DNA of 64,000 nt from TPA_inf: Saccharomyces. Its lineage: Eukaryota. The position numbers and the translations under genes were made by a program. The stretch covers positions 768,001-832,000 of the forward strand of contig BK006948.2 in NCBI GenBank assembly GCA_000146045.2. The letters run 5' to 3'. Shown here one piece after another: positions 34,550-45,983 of this stretch (the first letter of the stretch is position 1; each line of letters starts with the position of its first letter). Under the pieces are notes generated by a model. That model searched no databases. It was given only the letters and a program-made list of their open reading frames with translations, and was not told where the DNA came from.

Positions 34550-35464
34550 TTAATCTCTGTTTTCAGCAATCCACTCGGGCCCGGATTTCAAGACCCACTC
34601 GGTCCAGGATCCATCATATAATCTAACATTGGGAACTCCTGCTAGCTCCAATGCTGTCTTGATAATGACTCCTGAAACGCCAGTTCCACAAGAGCAAATA
34701 GTTGGTTTACTTGGGTCCAAAGTGCAATGAAAGTCTTTCAATGCCTTTTCCAAAGTAGCGTGTATCGCCTCCCCAGCTTCTGGGTACGTTTTGGTCTCCG
34801 GATCAAGTAAACTTCCATATGGTAATGGTTGGGTACCTGGAATATGCCCCGATGGAATGTCGGAACGAGGCTCTGGTTCTGTACCTTCGAATCTACCGAG
34901 CGACCTTGCATCGAAAGCATTGAATTTCTTAGCCAGTTCCCCACTCTTTACCAATTGGAACATTTCCTCATAGTCTACAATCTCCTTGTCTTGGAAACTT
35001 TCTGAGGACTCATAATGACTCTTTGGATAGGGTGAAAACGCTGCCACCTTAGAGGAATCTAGAGGGTACTTAAACTCTCTGTACTGGTTGAAATTATTTA
35101 GTAAGTACACCTTAGGATGTCCCATCACTCCTAATGTCCAAGCACATCTAGGGGAGCTAAAGTTACCAACACGATCGTAAACCACTAATATATCATCTTT
35201 TTGAACTCCTAAATTACTCATAGCGTCGTCAAAAACCTTCTTTGTAGGGAACATATGTGGATAGGGCGATTTTTTGTCACTGATTGCATCAATATCAAAG
35301 AAAATGGAGTTTGGTATACGTGGTTTGGTCAAGAAATCCACTTTATTATCAAGCTTCCAACTGGGTAGGTACCATGTTGCATCAACTGGAACGATTCTAT
35401 GAACCTTCTCACTGGCCACTAACTTAACAAACGCTTTTGGAGAAATAAGATCAAATAATGGCAT
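34550..35464 (-). CDS. TUM1: Rhodanese-domain sulfurtransferase involved in tRNA wobble thiolation, 304 aa
   Basis: Tandem rhodanese domains with the active-site Cys (CSCGTGVSG). The start is taken at MPLFDLISPKAF, 5 codons inside the tracked ORF. Confidence 0.85.
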   Translation of the reverse strand: MPLFDLISPKAFVKLVASEKVHRIVPVDATWYLPSWKLDNKVDFLTKPRIPNSIFFDIDAISDKKSPYPHMFPTKKVFDDAMSNLGVQKDDILVVYDRVGNFSSPRCAWTLGVMGHPKVYLLNNFNQYREFKYPLDSSKVAAFSPYPKSHYESSESFQDKEIVDYEEMFQLVKSGELAKKFNAFDARSLGRFEGTEPEPRSDIPSGHIPGTQPLPYGSLLDPETKTYPEAGEAIHATLEKALKDFHCTLDPSKPTICSCGTGVSGVIIKTALELAGVPNVRLYDGSWTEWVLKSGPEWIAENRD

Positions 35465-35666
35465 TGAATGTATGGGCAATTTTCTTCACAACTTTATGCT
35501 TTTGTCCTCATTGTTTGAATGCACTTACGCTGTATTATTGTACACAGCTGAACATCCCGAGCGAAAATTTTAAAATGGTTTAATAGACGAGATGAGAGAT
35601 GAGCTCTTTAAAGGTACTTTCTAAGAAGAAAAGTATCGGAACAGGACTTACCACGACAAACTAATC

Positions 35667-36203
35667 ATGCCGGTTACTAAATCTTTATCTAAGTTGCAAA
35701 AGAACTTATCCAAGAAAGGGAAAAATATCACGGTTCATCCGAAGGGTAGAAAGTATGAAAAGCTGGTCAGGGCTACTATGCGTGAAGATAAAATCGCAGC
35801 CAAAAAGAAGCTTCATCAAGACAAAAGAGTCCACGAACTAGCTCGGGTAAAATTTATGCAGGATGTAGTTAACTCTGATACATTCAAAGGGCAACCAATA
35901 TTTGATCACGCCCACACAAGAGAGTTTATTCAAAGTTTTATTGAAAGAGATGATACGGAATTAGACGAACTCAAGAAGAAGAGGAGGTCAAACAGGCCAC
36001 CAAGCAATAGACAAGTGCTACTGCAACAAAGGAGGGATCAAGAGTTAAAAGAATTTAAGGCGGGGTTTCTCTGTCCAGACTTGAGTGATGCGAAGAATAT
36101 GGAATTTCTAAGAAACTGGAATGGCACTTTTGGCCTTTTGAATACTCTAAGATTGATCAGAATTAATGATAAAGGTGAACAAGTCGTTGGAGGAAATGAA
36201 TAA
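35667..36203 (+). CDS. TMA16: Small basic protein associated with translation machinery / pre-60S particles, 178 aa
   Basis: K/R-rich small ORF. Position and size match YOR252W. Confidence 0.8.
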   Translation: MPVTKSLSKLQKNLSKKGKNITVHPKGRKYEKLVRATMREDKIAAKKKLHQDKRVHELARVKFMQDVVNSDTFKGQPIFDHAHTREFIQSFIERDDTELDELKKKRRSNRPPSNRQVLLQQRRDQELKEFKAGFLCPDLSDAKNMEFLRNWNGTFGLLNTLRLIRINDKGEQVVGGNE

Positions 36204-36334
36204 GAAGTGTCGCAGAGGAATCTTTATGGTTTATATGCTCTTTATATAATTTTATGTATATTATAGTAGAAAAAGCAAAGAAAAAAAAGAAAATTGATAT
36301 TATTAGCGAAGCTTTTTCACAAATTAATCCGTAA

Positions 36335-36907
<573 letters not shown>

Positions 36908-37031
36908 CAGATGGCTGAAAAATTTTTTTTTTTTTTTTGGTTTTGCTTTGTATACACATGTATCTATTTTTATAAAGATGAAATATATACGTCTAAGAGC
37001 TAAAATGAAAAACTATACTAATCACTTATAT

Positions 37032-39023
37032 CTATTCTGGTGATTCATCATCTTCAGCTTCTGTATCCGTATCGATATCAGTATAATCGCTAGCATCACT
37101 TTCATCATCACTTTCGGTTTCGTCGTCATCAGTAGAGTACTCATCATCCTCCTCAGAATACACCTCTACTTGTTCCACTGCAGGAGAATCACGAACTTTC
37201 ATATTCATGGTAATATCCAAATCTGTAGTGAAATAATCTGTGGATTTAACGATTACTCTAAAAAAGAAATCACCAACAGTTTCAGGTGCAGGCTGACCTA
37301 ATGGAATTTTTATGGTCCCGATTTCCCAATCATTTATATCGAATTTTTCGTGTTTGGTTAAATCCATTTTTATCCTCTTATCAAAGAAATCTTTGTCATC
37401 GTTCAAGTTCTTGTAAGATAGCTTTTCAATGATAATTGGCGTTTGAAGTATTTTACCATCTTTTTGAGAACTTACCAGACAGCACCAACTCCCACGTCTC
37501 TTTGTAGGGAAAAATGGTGCAAAGGAATATGGGACGAGTGGCTGTTTACTCATCATAGCAAATGGATCTCTTTGAGATTCAAAATCTTGAGGTTCTGTTA
37601 AATTTTCTTCAGGAATTAAGCTAGTTGGTATCAATGGCTGTTTAGCAGAACGAACCAGTACTTTCAAAGAAATGTATGGGGTAGATGATGGTGTTACTTG
37701 GTTCTCACCTGGGACAAGGAAGTCTGCCTTGATGATCTTTAGATTTGGAATATGCGATGCAACTCTCAAAGTTTCGTTTAACTTTGCTTGATCCTTTATT
37801 CCAAGAACCTCACCAATCTTGGCATCTTCTAAAGTAAACAATTTACCTAATGTATGAATATCTCCGGTTTTGGTAATAAAGTGCTCTTTATCTACGTTCG
37901 GCAATTGAAGGATTTGACAGTTTGGTGTTAATGGTACAGCCTGAACAATACACTTGAAAGTATTGATTGCACCCAATGCAATATCTAAATTTCTGAATCC
38001 ACAAGCAATATCCAATAAACCGTGTAACAAAGAGTGACATTTGGCCACTATTCTAAATTTCGCATTGTTAAGTTTACCACTATCTCTGCGGTTAATATGA
38101 TCTTGCAAAAGTTTTTCAAAATCCGTTGGTTGCAAATCCGGGAAGAATTGTTTAAATTCATGAGCAAATGATAACCAGTGTAAGATCAAATCTGTGGTGA
38201 CAATCTCAGATGGCTTGTAATTGACTAAGTTACTAACAAAATTAGAAGCCGTCACATTATGTATTCCCTTCTTAGTATACGATTGTGTTCTTGCCCACCA
38301 TCTACTAACAAAATATGGCAAGATTAAACCTAGTAGCGCAACATAACAAACCACTAATAATGGAGATGCACTTCCATCTACCAAAAATCTTGGTAGAGCG
38401 ATACCATGTGAAGTAGATTGTGGGCCATCTGGATGACCGTATTTCAAATAGTTTTGCCTAACCAATTCGTCAGTAAGGGATTCGTAAGCCTTCGTAATCT
38501 GAACATAAGTTTCTTCCATCACACTTTTCTCATCAGGTGTTAGGCCCTTTGCTAATTTATCTGGATGAAATTTAACAGATAATTTTCTATAAGCAGATTT
38601 GATGTCTCTATCGGAAGCACTAGTAGAGATACCAAGGATTTCATAAGGATCAAATAATTTTGTAGCAGCGTCTTTAATCGCGTCATTACTATTAATCCTT
38701 TGCAGAAGAATTGCAACTAAGATCCAACCCACAATAATTATAATATTTCTCCTGCTCCATATTTTGGACTTCTTATTACTATTTTTATCAAACTTCCTTC
38801 TAAATTGTTTGATTTCATCACTGGTGTATTCTTCATTCAAGTTCTTGAAAACTTCCTCATTAAACTCCTTACTCTTCCCTGAATTCCCATCTTCAGCATT
38901 GGCCCCAAAAAAAATTTGGTATATTTGAAGCAGTGTCATAGGCCCGACGACCATCAAGAGCCCCGTTAAAATGAAGGACGGCCACGTCTCACTAGCCTCA
39001 TCATACTCGTAATTTGTAGGCAT
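37032..39023 (-). CDS. SEC63: ER translocon-associated membrane protein with a luminal J-domain and acidic tail, 663 aa
   Basis: J-domain (DPYEILGISTSASDRDIKSAYRKLSVKFHPDK). Three transmembrane segments. Sec63/Brl domain. C-terminal D/E run. Confidence 0.92.
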   Translation of the reverse strand: MPTNYEYDEASETWPSFILTGLLMVVGPMTLLQIYQIFFGANAEDGNSGKSKEFNEEVFKNLNEEYTSDEIKQFRRKFDKNSNKKSKIWSRRNIIIIVGWILVAILLQRINSNDAIKDAATKLFDPYEILGISTSASDRDIKSAYRKLSVKFHPDKLAKGLTPDEKSVMEETYVQITKAYESLTDELVRQNYLKYGHPDGPQSTSHGIALPRFLVDGSASPLLVVCYVALLGLILPYFVSRWWARTQSYTKKGIHNVTASNFVSNLVNYKPSEIVTTDLILHWLSFAHEFKQFFPDLQPTDFEKLLQDHINRRDSGKLNNAKFRIVAKCHSLLHGLLDIACGFRNLDIALGAINTFKCIVQAVPLTPNCQILQLPNVDKEHFITKTGDIHTLGKLFTLEDAKIGEVLGIKDQAKLNETLRVASHIPNLKIIKADFLVPGENQVTPSSTPYISLKVLVRSAKQPLIPTSLIPEENLTEPQDFESQRDPFAMMSKQPLVPYSFAPFFPTKRRGSWCCLVSSQKDGKILQTPIIIEKLSYKNLNDDKDFFDKRIKMDLTKHEKFDINDWEIGTIKIPLGQPAPETVGDFFFRVIVKSTDYFTTDLDITMNMKVRDSPAVEQVEVYSEEDDEYSTDDDETESDDESDASDYTDIDTDTEAEDDESPE

Positions 39024-39270
39024 TGTGCTGTAATATGCAGTATATTTATTTTGTTGCGAAGGCCTTCTTTGGTCAATTATAACTGACTATTGTTCCAGTC
39101 GCATCTTTTATTCGTTCAGTGATCTTCGACGTGTTCAAGACAAATTTTTCAGAAAACGCCTTTCCGTAACGAGTGACCAATTCGCGTTATAAGAGCGATT
39201 GTGTCAGTAATGAAGTCAGATTGTGACATTATAAAGCTAAGACGTTAATAACTCAAAATAGAAAAGAAGC

Positions 39271-40107
39271 ATGAGAGCACCACCTTCACCGAGAAAGTCC
39301 AAATCTGGTCATTTTTTTTACCTATATTTTCGACTGTGTCAACTGTTCAGTGGCCGGAAATTAAAGAGGAGGTGGCATGTCCACAAACTTCACATTCACC
39401 AATATAATACTCGCTGGAACTTGAGCCCCCTCTCCGAAATACACATTGAGGACATGATAAATGAACCGTCTGGACTATGTCCAGGAAGTTCCAAAAAGAA
39501 ACCACTACTGATTGCAAGGTTTCCCAAGGGTTGCCAAGAATCACCAAGGGTATATGTACTGCAAAGGAACAATTTGTCTCGTTTAAAATTAAGCAAAAGA
39601 AAATATGCCCTAAGGTTCTATCACAATGAAATTTTTGGCAATAATTTAAAGAGAAAAGACGGAAGCATCCACAAAGTTGAACACCAACAGTGCGCAGAAA
39701 CCGTTAGAAAGATCAAGAAAGTCACAGCAAACCATGCTGATGTTAAAATAATATTTCACGATAAAAATACTATAAGAAGTGACAAATTAGGGGGTAGGAG
39801 TAATAAGATGCAGACTAGGCCTAGTGTTCTTGAAGAGGATGTAGAAGAAGAAGTCTCTTCGGTATATATCAGATTTTGTGACGACCATTCCCTGAGAGTT
39901 AAAGATTATCACTCTTTGCACAGGCATTCTAAAAAATCTTCTAAAGAAAAACGAAATAATCAGGAGATTGGAAAATCTAAGTTGCTTGGGAAGCTTTTTG
40001 AAGAGGAAACATCGCGTCAAAACAAAGGTGTAGAGAAGAAACTAGATACGATTGTGATACAGAAATTTCAAAATTATCCTATTGTCTCCTTCTCTCGTGT
40101 CATTTAA
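39271..40107 (+). CDS. OSW1: Outer spore wall protein, 278 aa
   Basis: Full ORF at the YOR255W position. Basic low-complexity protein. Confidence 0.75.
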   Translation: MRAPPSPRKSKSGHFFYLYFRLCQLFSGRKLKRRWHVHKLHIHQYNTRWNLSPLSEIHIEDMINEPSGLCPGSSKKKPLLIARFPKGCQESPRVYVLQRNNLSRLKLSKRKYALRFYHNEIFGNNLKRKDGSIHKVEHQQCAETVRKIKKVTANHADVKIIFHDKNTIRSDKLGGRSNKMQTRPSVLEEDVEEEVSSVYIRFCDDHSLRVKDYHSLHRHSKKSSKEKRNNQEIGKSKLLGKLFEEETSRQNKGVEKKLDTIVIQKFQNYPIVSFSRVI

Positions 40108-40253
40108 CAAAAAGATATATACAAACATAGGATACTAAGAGGAAAAGCATCCCAAAAAGAAGAAATGCTTGCATGCCATGTATTACATAATTAAAGAAAA
40201 AATTTTATTAACATACTTCCTTATACTTACAATATGTATTCTTTCAGTTCAAT

Positions 40254-42683
40254 TTATTTATACCCGATGTCATTAGTCTCTTCGACAAACAATGCAGCAG
40301 ACTGATGGAGTACTTTGCCAATAAGGTCAATTTGTTCTTGAGCCCTCTTCCAGTCATCATCGTAAATCGCATCCATCACTCCTGGAAATGTCCAGAAATC
40401 TACATTTCCACCATTTTTAGATTTATCCTCCTGTATCAATGTTGGTCCGAACAAAACGTTCTTATAAAATGATCTATTAGGTAGACCCGCCGGAGAGCAT
40501 GTTCTTCTACCAATATTAGTCAATTTTTTATTCCATGTCCACCTATTAATTGAAAGTAAGGAGGGCTCTATACCATCCCCATGCGACCATACTATGTTCT
40601 CCCAACCTTGAGTCCATGACGCCCATTCGCTACCGATTTTCTTCCAAAATAACAAACCTTTGATTATTGATGTGAAGTTTAGTTTTTCAGGGTATGCTTG
40701 CTCTAACCTTTGCAATCTTTCATCGATATCTTCAACATAGCTTATTATGTCAAAATGAAGTAGCGGGTCATCAATCAATTCCATACTAATATGTAAAAGA
40801 TATACTAGCAAATCCTTGACAGATTGTTGGTTCTGTTCGTCTTCCAGAATCTTCTCAACACGTTCAAATTTATCCTCAGATGTTTCAGTTGGGGTGTCAC
40901 GGTTTCTCGTAGAATCAGAAGATATTACAGATACAGGAATTCCATTTGCCAGAAATGGAGTCCAGTCACCATAGTGCTGTACATTATCCACAGATATATC
41001 AAAGTTTCCATGCGCGTTTCTATTGAAAAACTTCTTCAATAAGGGATGTGTCTCAATGCTTAATTCTCCTCTAGTTTTACCGTTCTCATATTTTTCGGCA
41101 AAGGGTATACCCAGTTGACTAATATCAATCAAAGAATAAATTTCGTCTTTTAATGGCGTTAGCCTTTGCTCAACCAGCTCCGAAGATCCAGCATAATTAA
41201 ATTCGGTACCACCGAATGAGATGAAATAGATATTTCTCAAAGGTTTCCAACCAAACTTATATTTCACCTCTTGGAATAATTGAACTATAGATAATAATGC
41301 AGCTGTACCAAAATTGGGATAAGTAGTTCCAAAATTGATGGAATTTCTCGATGCAGCAATTATTATAGCTTTGTCTGATTGTTCTCTCCCTTCAATTTTA
41401 CCAACAATATTAGGAATAAAATGCTTTTCCCTAACATTAGTTTGCAGATCTACATCGATCAATACGTCTCCCATTTTCCCACTGTTACTACGATCACTAT
41501 TACCATCATCAACCGTTACTCCTCCTGAAGATAAACGCGATAGTAGCTCTTTTCCTTGTCTCGTGGAGATTGGGATAGTTGGAATATGAGTTTGACGCCA
41601 AAATTTATGATCCTTTTCTTCTACAGGAGAACCATCCCAATTCAATCCTGATGCATCACCAGTCGAATATTGGGGCAATCCTACAGGCTTAGATTGAACA
41701 ACGTCTATATTCTCACCATATGGCTCAGATATGAAGATTACAGCTTTAGCTCCGAATTTCTCAGCAATTAGTACTTGCTGACTCACTAATTTATCATATT
41801 GCAGTAAAAGCACATAGTCCTTCCCATCTTCTATCGTTTTCGAATCTTTTAAATGTTGTAAATCGTATGTTGTACCTTTGCCTCCATAAATCAAGCTCAC
41901 TTTGGATAATTTCCCGTTAGAACTCAACGGATTGAAATTTTCTTTAGAAAGTTCTAGATCATGCTTTTCATTCTTGTTATCATAATATGAAATTGATACA
42001 TTGCCTGGATAATTAGAATAAACTGAGTATCCCATTTCTTTAACCAATTTCAACCCATTGTTGTCAAAAGATTCCTGAATGTATCGATAAATAGCTGCAT
42101 CACCCTTCGTTCCGGATCCATGAGGCATGCTACTAATATATTCCAAATCTCTCTCAAACTTTGCCAAATCCACGGATTTTTTGGCATATTCAAAAAGTAT
42201 ATCGTGTTGAGAAAACATCCCTTTAGATCCTGATGCCTTTTCGTTGAATAAGTAGCCACTTGACAAGACATAATATGCAATAAATGACATGAAAATGATG
42301 TAAAAGAACCTTCGAAGTATAAAGGGATTTCCGATTTTACTTAAGTAATAGTCAGCTTTGTCTGGAACGAATTTTGATATTTGTAAGAGTGGATGAATGA
42401 TGTTTTCCATTAAGGGTTCCAAAATTTTTTCCTGAAACCCAATTGAAACCCTCTGTAGATGTGTTCTTTTGTGAAGATCATCGTGAGGGTCCTCTATATC
42501 AAATTCATAAGAAGGTGGTTCAGGTGGAGGCGTTATATTAGTTTCTATACTGTTGTCGTTAGAACTAGGAGGAGAATCATCAAAACGCTGGCTCATCAAC
42601 AGATTATGGGACGACGACGCAGTAGGTATAGCATTTTCATGTTCAAAGTTTGTAGTTGACACTGGTTGATAACTGCTCCTCAT
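40254..42683 (-). CDS. TRE2: Transferrin-receptor-like (PA/M28 peptidase-like) membrane protein; Bsd2 adaptor paralogue of TRE1; 809 aa
   Basis: N-terminal transmembrane anchor plus a transferrin-receptor-like ectodomain. Size and position match YOR256C. Confidence 0.8.
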   Translation of the reverse strand: MRSSYQPVSTTNFEHENAIPTASSSHNLLMSQRFDDSPPSSNDNSIETNITPPPEPPSYEFDIEDPHDDLHKRTHLQRVSIGFQEKILEPLMENIIHPLLQISKFVPDKADYYLSKIGNPFILRRFFYIIFMSFIAYYVLSSGYLFNEKASGSKGMFSQHDILFEYAKKSVDLAKFERDLEYISSMPHGSGTKGDAAIYRYIQESFDNNGLKLVKEMGYSVYSNYPGNVSISYYDNKNEKHDLELSKENFNPLSSNGKLSKVSLIYGGKGTTYDLQHLKDSKTIEDGKDYVLLLQYDKLVSQQVLIAEKFGAKAVIFISEPYGENIDVVQSKPVGLPQYSTGDASGLNWDGSPVEEKDHKFWRQTHIPTIPISTRQGKELLSRLSSGGVTVDDGNSDRSNSGKMGDVLIDVDLQTNVREKHFIPNIVGKIEGREQSDKAIIIAASRNSINFGTTYPNFGTAALLSIVQLFQEVKYKFGWKPLRNIYFISFGGTEFNYAGSSELVEQRLTPLKDEIYSLIDISQLGIPFAEKYENGKTRGELSIETHPLLKKFFNRNAHGNFDISVDNVQHYGDWTPFLANGIPVSVISSDSTRNRDTPTETSEDKFERVEKILEDEQNQQSVKDLLVYLLHISMELIDDPLLHFDIISYVEDIDERLQRLEQAYPEKLNFTSIIKGLLFWKKIGSEWASWTQGWENIVWSHGDGIEPSLLSINRWTWNKKLTNIGRRTCSPAGLPNRSFYKNVLFGPTLIQEDKSKNGGNVDFWTFPGVMDAIYDDDWKRAQEQIDLIGKVLHQSAALFVEETNDIGYK

Positions 42684-43007
42684 TAAAATTACTTGATCTC
42701 AATACCCGGGGGTATTATCTTGGTTTGCAAATTAGTTACAGATTTCAAATAACCCAAAGCTTGATGTATTTCTCTAGTATTGAGAGGCGTTTAGGAAAAG
42801 AACAACTTTAATGATGCAGGAAGTACTTGCTTAACTAGTTCTTGCCTGATGCCGTAATTTTATCTACTAAATTTCCAAGAGTTTTGGAGGCTTAACTATT
42901 GCGAAATAGAGAGAAAAAAAGAAGAATCCTAATTAGTAAGTATGGAAGAGATTTATTAAACGAGAAAGGAAGTGAACCAAAGAAGAAACGGAAATAAATC
43001 ATACAGT

Positions 43008-43493
43008 ATGAGTAAGAACAGGTCATCGCTACAGTCTGGTCCACTTAATAGCGAGTTATTGGAGGAGCAAAAGCAAGAAATATATGAGGCGTTTTCATTG
43101 TTCGATATGAACAATGATGGGTTCCTCGATTACCACGAGTTGAAAGTAGCAATGAAGGCCCTGGGATTTGAGCTACCCAAGAGAGAAATACTTGACTTAA
43201 TAGATGAATATGATAGTGAGGGGCGGCATTTGATGAAGTATGATGATTTTTATATTGTAATGGGGGAAAAAATATTGAAGAGAGATCCGTTAGATGAAAT
43301 AAAAAGGGCATTCCAATTATTTGATGACGACCATACTGGGAAAATAAGTATTAAAAACTTGAGGCGTGTAGCTAAAGAATTAGGAGAAACTTTGACGGAT
43401 GAAGAGCTGAGAGCGATGATTGAAGAGTTTGATTTGGATGGTGATGGCGAGATTAATGAAAACGAATTTATAGCTATTTGCACCGATAGTTAA
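43008..43493 (+). CDS. CDC31: Centrin, an EF-hand Ca2+-binding protein of the spindle pole body half-bridge, 161 aa
   Basis: EF-hand loops [26 protein letters not shown] and [13 protein letters not shown]. The start is taken at [11 protein letters not shown], the 13th codon of the tracked ORF. Confidence 0.93.
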   Translation: MSKNRSSLQSGPLNSELLEEQKQEIYEAFSLFDMNNDGFLDYHELKVAMKALGFELPKREILDLIDEYDSEGRHLMKYDDFYIVMGEKILKRDPLDEIKRAFQLFDDDHTGKISIKNLRRVAKELGETLTDEELRAMIEEFDLDGDGEINENEFIAICTDS

Positions 43494-43670
43494 TTATGAC
43501 TATATATTTAATCTATAAAAATGATTTGTAACTATATTAGTATACTCCCGTGGGTCTCTCGTTTTCTGTTTTAACTTACATCTTGCCCAAGGATGCACTT
43601 AAAAGTGAAAAAGCCAATCTAATCCTGCAGGGCAACAATAAGAGAAGACAATAAAACAAAACACTGAAAA

Positions 43671-44324
43671 ATGTCATGGAGGTATGCGTTAAAAAACTAC
43701 GTTACCAGCCCAGAAACGGTAAACGATGATACAGTCACATACTTTGATGATAAAGTGTCCATAATTAGAGACTCGTTTCCTAAATCAGAGTGCCATTTAT
43801 TGATTCTACCACGAACTATGCAGCTGAGTAGAAGTCATCCTACTAAAGTGATTGATGCTAAGTTTAAGAATGAGTTTGAATCATACGTTAATTCTGCGAT
43901 TGACCACATCTTTAGGCATTTTCAAGAAAAGTTCCGAATAAAGAAGAGTGATGATGACAAAGACCCCTGCTGGGATGACATATTAAAAGACAAAAACAAG
44001 TTTGTAAGAAATTTTGTACAAGTTGGGATACACAGCGTGCCTTCGATGGCCAACTTACATATACACGTCATATCCAAAGATTTCCATTCGGTAAGATTGA
44101 AGAACAAAAAACATTATAATTCATTTAATACTGGATTCTTCATTAGTTGGGACGATTTACCATTGAACGGAAAAAATTTGGGCACTGACAAGGAAATTGA
44201 AACTACGTACCTGAAAGAACACGATTTACTTTGCTGCTATTGTCAGCGAAATTTTAGTAATAAATTTAGCTTATTGAAAAAGCATTTAGAACTAGAGTTC
44301 AATAGCCATTTCGAGCTTAAATAA
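43671..44324 (+). CDS. HNT3: Aprataxin-like DNA 5'-adenylate hydrolase (HIT superfamily, with zinc finger), 217 aa
   Basis: HIT-like histidine triad (HIHVIS). C-terminal C2HE zinc finger (CCYCQ...H...E). Confidence 0.85.
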   Translation: MSWRYALKNYVTSPETVNDDTVTYFDDKVSIIRDSFPKSECHLLILPRTMQLSRSHPTKVIDAKFKNEFESYVNSAIDHIFRHFQEKFRIKKSDDDKDPCWDDILKDKNKFVRNFVQVGIHSVPSMANLHIHVISKDFHSVRLKNKKHYNSFNTGFFISWDDLPLNGKNLGTDKEIETTYLKEHDLLCCYCQRNFSNKFSLLKKHLELEFNSHFELK

Positions 44325-44394
44325 GGCAAGCTTTCTCGCATTTCTTTTTGTTACTGATATACACATACCTATACATACACATGTCTTTTTAACA

Positions 44395-45708
44395 TCATAA
44401 TTTTTGGTATTCTATAGTGCCTTCCAATTTCTTAACTTCAGCTACTTTTCTTACGGCTTTCATTAAATCATCAGGGTTGATGTGATCACGGTCATCTCTT
44501 ATGGCGAAAAAACCTGCTTCAGTTGCACAGTTACGAATATCAGCACCATTGAAACCATCACTCATTTTTACAGCAGCCTCGAAGTCAAATTCCCCTGTTT
44601 TTTTGACTTTTGCAGTATGAATTTTGAAAATTTCTAATCTGCCGGCCTCATTTGGCAATGGGATTTCAACTTTCCTGTCTAGTCTACCGGGCCTCAACAA
44701 AGCAGGATCTAAAGTATCTGGTCTATTCGTAGCCATGATGATTTTAGTCTGTCCAAGATTATCAAAACCATCCATCTGGGTCAACAACTCCATCAACGTA
44801 CGTTGAATTTCACGGTCTGCTGAAGTACCTTCACTGAATCTTCTACCACCAATAGCATCCACTTCATCCATAAAAATGATGCAAGGTTCGTGTTCCTTTG
44901 CATATGCAAACATTTCTCTAATAATACGAGCAGACTCACCAATGTATTTATCCACAATACCAGACGCTGGAGAGAAAATGAAGTTGGCTCCAATCGTAGC
45001 AGCAACTGCCTTCGCTAGTAAAGTTTTACCAGTACCAGGGGGACCATATAGTAGCACACCCTTTGGAGGTTTGATACCGACCCTCTGGAAAATTTCTGGG
45101 TTCTTCAATGGTAATTCTATAACCTCCCTTAATTCTCTGATTTGCTCAGTCAAACCACCAATACCATCAAAAGTGATTTCACCTTGTTCAAAACTGGTCA
45201 TATTATACACCAGTGGATCTGTCTCTCTGGGCAAAATTCTCATTATAGTCAAAGTGGTGATATCTAAGGTGACTCTCACCCCTTTCTTTAATTTAGAGCG
45301 ATCTACCGAATTCCTAACTCCGACAATATAACGTGGGCCCGAAGAGGCCTTCACTATATATTTCTCTTCAGATAATTCCTTCATGACTTCGCCAATCAAT
45401 TGTCCAATACTTTGCAAAGCTTTTATGTCGTTTTCAGTCTTGTCATATAACTTCTCTAGATCTCGTATATTTTGACGGCGCTGCTTCAATTGATCATCAT
45501 ACCTTCTGTGTTCTAGCAGCTTTCTCTTGAATTGATTCAAGGCCTTGTTATGGGCCTCCTGTTCAGGATCCACTCTAGAAGGCTCCTCTTCATGATGTTC
45601 TTCCGTTTCCTGTGGTTGTTCTGGTTGTTGTTCGTGTGACTGTTGGGTGTGATTGTCGCCGGACGTTTCCCCCAATCCTGCTAATAAAGGGTCCTGTTCT
45701 TCACTCAT
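44395..45708 (-). CDS. RPT4: 26S proteasome regulatory-particle AAA-ATPase subunit, 437 aa
   Basis: N-terminal coiled-coil. AAA module with Walker [11 protein letters not shown], Walker B IIFMDEVD and SRH. Confidence 0.92.
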
Positions 45709-45811
45709 TCTTAGTTATTAATATCTTTGCTTCGTCTGTTATCTTTGGAACCGGTGCGAGGTACTAGATTTAATTTACTTCACTATGGTATTTCAAGCTT
45801 CCTTTCCCTTC

Positions 45812-45820
45812 GGTGGCAAA
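45812..45820 (+). promoter_or_regulatory. PACE, the proteasome-associated control element GGTGGCAAA (Rpn4 binding site), about 105 bp upstream of the RPT4 ATG
   Basis: Exact 9/9 match to the Rpn4 nonamer. It lies in the divergent RPT4/GCD1 promoter. Confidence 0.8.
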
Positions 45821-45983
45821 TTCCACTATTTGAAAGGTCACCCGCCTATCGCAAAATTTTTCACTTCTCATCACTATATTGAAATATAACAATCAAGCAC
45901 TTTACGATGCAACAGAAAATGCTGAACGCTGTGCTGACCAAAAGTTCCCACCGTTGATAGCTCCCCCCCCTATTGTCGTAGTC

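Noticed and set aside
44876-45331. 151-aa ORF antisense to RPT4, together with other antisense ORFs (24704..25132 in ESA1, 59422..59862 in PAC1, 12854..13237 in DFR1, 28469..28900 in ENV9, 63204..63599 in FSF1, 8892..9230 in KIN4, 16953..17315 in ABP140)
   Set aside because: Each lies wholly inside a well-supported gene on the opposite strand and shows no protein-like features.
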